Both the position numbers and the translations under genes were made by a program. Of a DNA stretch of 39,945 nt, positions 37,510-39,945 are shown one piece after another. The notes below the pieces were generated by a model. It saw nothing but the letters and a program-made list of their open reading frames with translations. It was not told the origin of the DNA and made no database searches. Every line of letters begins with the position of its first letter. The stretch's first letter is position 1. Source of the stretch: Octopus bimaculoides (Eukaryota). The stretch is taken from the NCBI RefSeq assembly GCF_001194135.2, contig NC_068987.1, positions 102,264,195-102,304,139 of the forward strand, in the 5' to 3' direction.

Positions 37510-38190
37510 GTTCTAAGCAGAAGATAAATAAAAAGGAAATGGATTTCAGATGAACATGGTAAGTTATTTAAGCACGAAAGGATCAATCATACATTGGTTA
37601 AATTTGTCGAGGGAAGAGATGGATTTTAAAATGAGAATAAATAAATAATAGAGTTTTAAAATTTGAAATGGTGTTCAGAAAAAGATAAAAGAAAATGCTT
37701 TGGCATGGAAGATGATGAAGTAGTTAAATGATTGAGTACAGGATTTAGAAGATGAACCAAAATAGGTATTGAAATAATAAATAAGGTTACATCCAAAATA
37801 AAGAGATTAAAACAACTCTGCTGAATATTGCCGTGGAAGTAATGACACCCGATATGAAGATTTAACAAAGATCGAAAGAATATTTAATAGAGTCAGAAAT
37901 AAGGTATTTAATAGAAGAAATTTTCAGATAGTGCTTGAAGTACAAGACGTGATGGAAGAATTTGCAACATTAAATATCTGAGGAAGAAATGGGAAGAGCC
38001 ACTGAACAATTAAAAAGTGGAACGCTTTCTTCGTAAAAGACATCAAACCGTGACTGTAGGAGCGTTATTTGAAGCTCATTCATAATATATGGAATATTGA
38101 ACTTGAAGATAGGAATGTTGGGAGAATGGTTACGAAGTTAAAATGGGGAGCTCAGAGAGCTTAGAAAGAAAACCGGGGAGAAACATGAGA
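37510..38190 (+). pseudogene. Decayed LINE (RTE-like) ORF2 linker and start of RT
   Basis: Purine-rich plus strand with KRKWISDE (37531), QRSKEY (37866), ISEEEMGRATEQLKSG (37974; cf. IT.EEV..AI..LK.GKA) and LKLIHNIW (38069), in the expected order. Confidence 0.6.
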
Positions 38191-38980
38191 AGCAAGGTAT
38201 TGAGTGCTTTGTTTGTTTGCATGAATACGGTACAGAATGCTATATAAGTAATAGTGAGTCGTTAAAGTGTATTGACTAGATATTAATGCACAAACTCATA
38301 CTGTAAAAACTACCTTGAATTCATATACCTTCTTATGATAAGTTTTATAGATATGTGACGGCATTCGGTCCTTTGCATGTTGTTACAGATTGCATGATAA
38401 AGCATTGCGGTTTGTTGGGAAATAAGTTAACTGATTGATGCAAAATATCGAAAGAGAGAAGAGCAAGAAAGACAGGTCAGTCGGTTAATCCGAAACGGAG
38501 GGTGGAATGTAACATGTAAATATTCTGTCGCCTCTCTTATTTGCCGAATAAAGTATGTGATTAAGGGGGGAACAGGAAAAAAAGAATGACATGACTAGAT
38601 CTTGGCAAAAATATGTGGCAGATTTGGTTTACACAACTGGCACTGTGATTACATATACTGTAAATACATTCGTGAAGGTCTGTTTGGGTGAATTTAGGAT
38701 GATATGCGAAACGTTATGAGCTGCAAGTATATATGCATAGGAAAGTGTTTGTGTGAATTTACGTAAATAGTTTGTGCATGTATATGTTTCTATTTATGCA
38801 TGTTTATATGTTCCGACATTACTTGAAGTTGAGTATATTATAACTAGAAATCTGCTACTGTAATCATGTTATCCAGTAAAACCTGTGCTTAGTAGGCAAA
38901 CATCACAAGACCCTTCCTAAAAGAAGTGATCTCAAAGGTTCAATACAGGAGAGTGAACCGCTACCTTTATATATGAATAT

Positions 38981-38986
<6 letters not shown>

Positions 38987-39028
<42 letters not shown>
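38987..39028. repeat. (GT)n microsatellite
   Basis: Perfect dinucleotide run. Confidence 0.97.
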
Positions 39029-39031
<3 letters not shown>

Positions 39032-39145
39032 TGTGTCTGTATGCGTATGTGTGTGAGCGCGCGTGCGATGCATTTAGTGTATATCATATGTGTTGGGTAT
39101 CTTTTATGACTATAACATTTCAGTTTTTGTTGTTGCTTCTTTCAG

Positions 39146-39287
39146 CCTCATTGTATTTTCCACTGTAAGTTTCAAATTTGCCGAAACCACAATCAGACGC
39201 CTGACGTTTCGTTACATCTTTCGGCTTTCTCGTGCTTCTGTGACAATGGGACTCTGCTACTGTCAGAAAAGGACTTGGGAAATAGAT
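39146..39287 (+). other. Weak candidate spliced exon containing a start codon (MGLCYCQKRTWEID)
   Basis: Pyrimidine tract plus TTTCAG acceptor at 39145, first ATG at 39246 in acaATGG context, 14 open codons, then AT|GTAAGC donor. No homology recognised. Confidence 0.2.
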
Positions 39288-39889
39288 GTAAGCAATCCCT
39301 GACATTTTGCTGCTCACGCAACAAAATTCCTCGTTCATAATCTATCGTCATCAGATATGTGGAATCCGGTATTCTCATAACAGTATGTGAATTCATCATG
39401 AGATCCGTGACATCAGGTCTGCTCATTTGGAAGTTAAAACTGAAGATATAGTAACCGACACTACACACCCCAAATATATGCAATAATTAGCGGCTTCACT
39501 TTCTACTCTACAGTAACTAGACATTGTTTTGTTTTCTTTCACTGGCTATATTGTTATAGCGTAATTATATTCTTATGATACTCTTTATTCCTAAATCTGT
39601 CATTAAAGCTAAGACGACCCTTCCACAAAAGAATTATTCTCCAGTTATTTTATCAATTATTTATATTTGCCCCCAATTTTTGAACTGTATGAAACTGATG
39701 TTACCGTGCTATTTCGAATTCACCAAAATTAAACAGACAAAACTTCTATCCTGAGCTCAATCGCAAAATATATTTTTTTCCCATGGCCACATACCTTCAC
39801 GTATCACCAAATTTATATATATACACACACATACACACACATATATATAGACATATTTATACACATATATATATATACACGCGCACACG

Positions 39890-39892
<3 letters not shown>

Positions 39893-39945
<53 letters not shown>
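39893..39945. repeat. (AT)n microsatellite
   Basis: Perfect run to the window end. Confidence 0.98.

Overview
AT-rich, microsatellite-dense eukaryotic DNA from a gapped draft scaffold. N-gaps are at 1288-1937, 3441-4100, 6630-6834, 10125-10896, 15358-15367, 16384-16733, 18996-19328, 21363-21372, 25761-25813, 26850-26992 and 32932-33052. The repeat landscape resembles octopus/coleoid cephalopod DNA; this is recalled, not database-checked. No intact protein-coding gene, RNA gene or CRISPR array is supported, and most listed ORFs are microsatellite or N-gap artefacts or antisense shadows of decayed transposons. The window is a transposon graveyard. It holds a degenerate Penelope-like element (RT plus C-terminal GIY-YIG, ~8433-9745), two different decayed mariner elements (30204-31430 minus; ~35680-36551 plus), RTE-like LINE fragments in opposite orientations (36652-38190) and two tRNA-headed SINE families (seven full or partial copies). 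It also holds a probable non-autonomous Helitron, a MITE, and a diverged ~300-bp three-unit tandem repeat interrupted by two SINE insertions. The most noteworthy structures are two perfect fold-back palindromes starting exactly at contig edges (possibly artefacts), a hammerhead-ribozyme-like core, nested and dimeric SINEs sharing a body module, and one weak candidate start-codon exon (MGLCYCQK...). I found no convincing novel biological system. All coordinates and alignments were read by eye, and boundaries of old elements are approximate.
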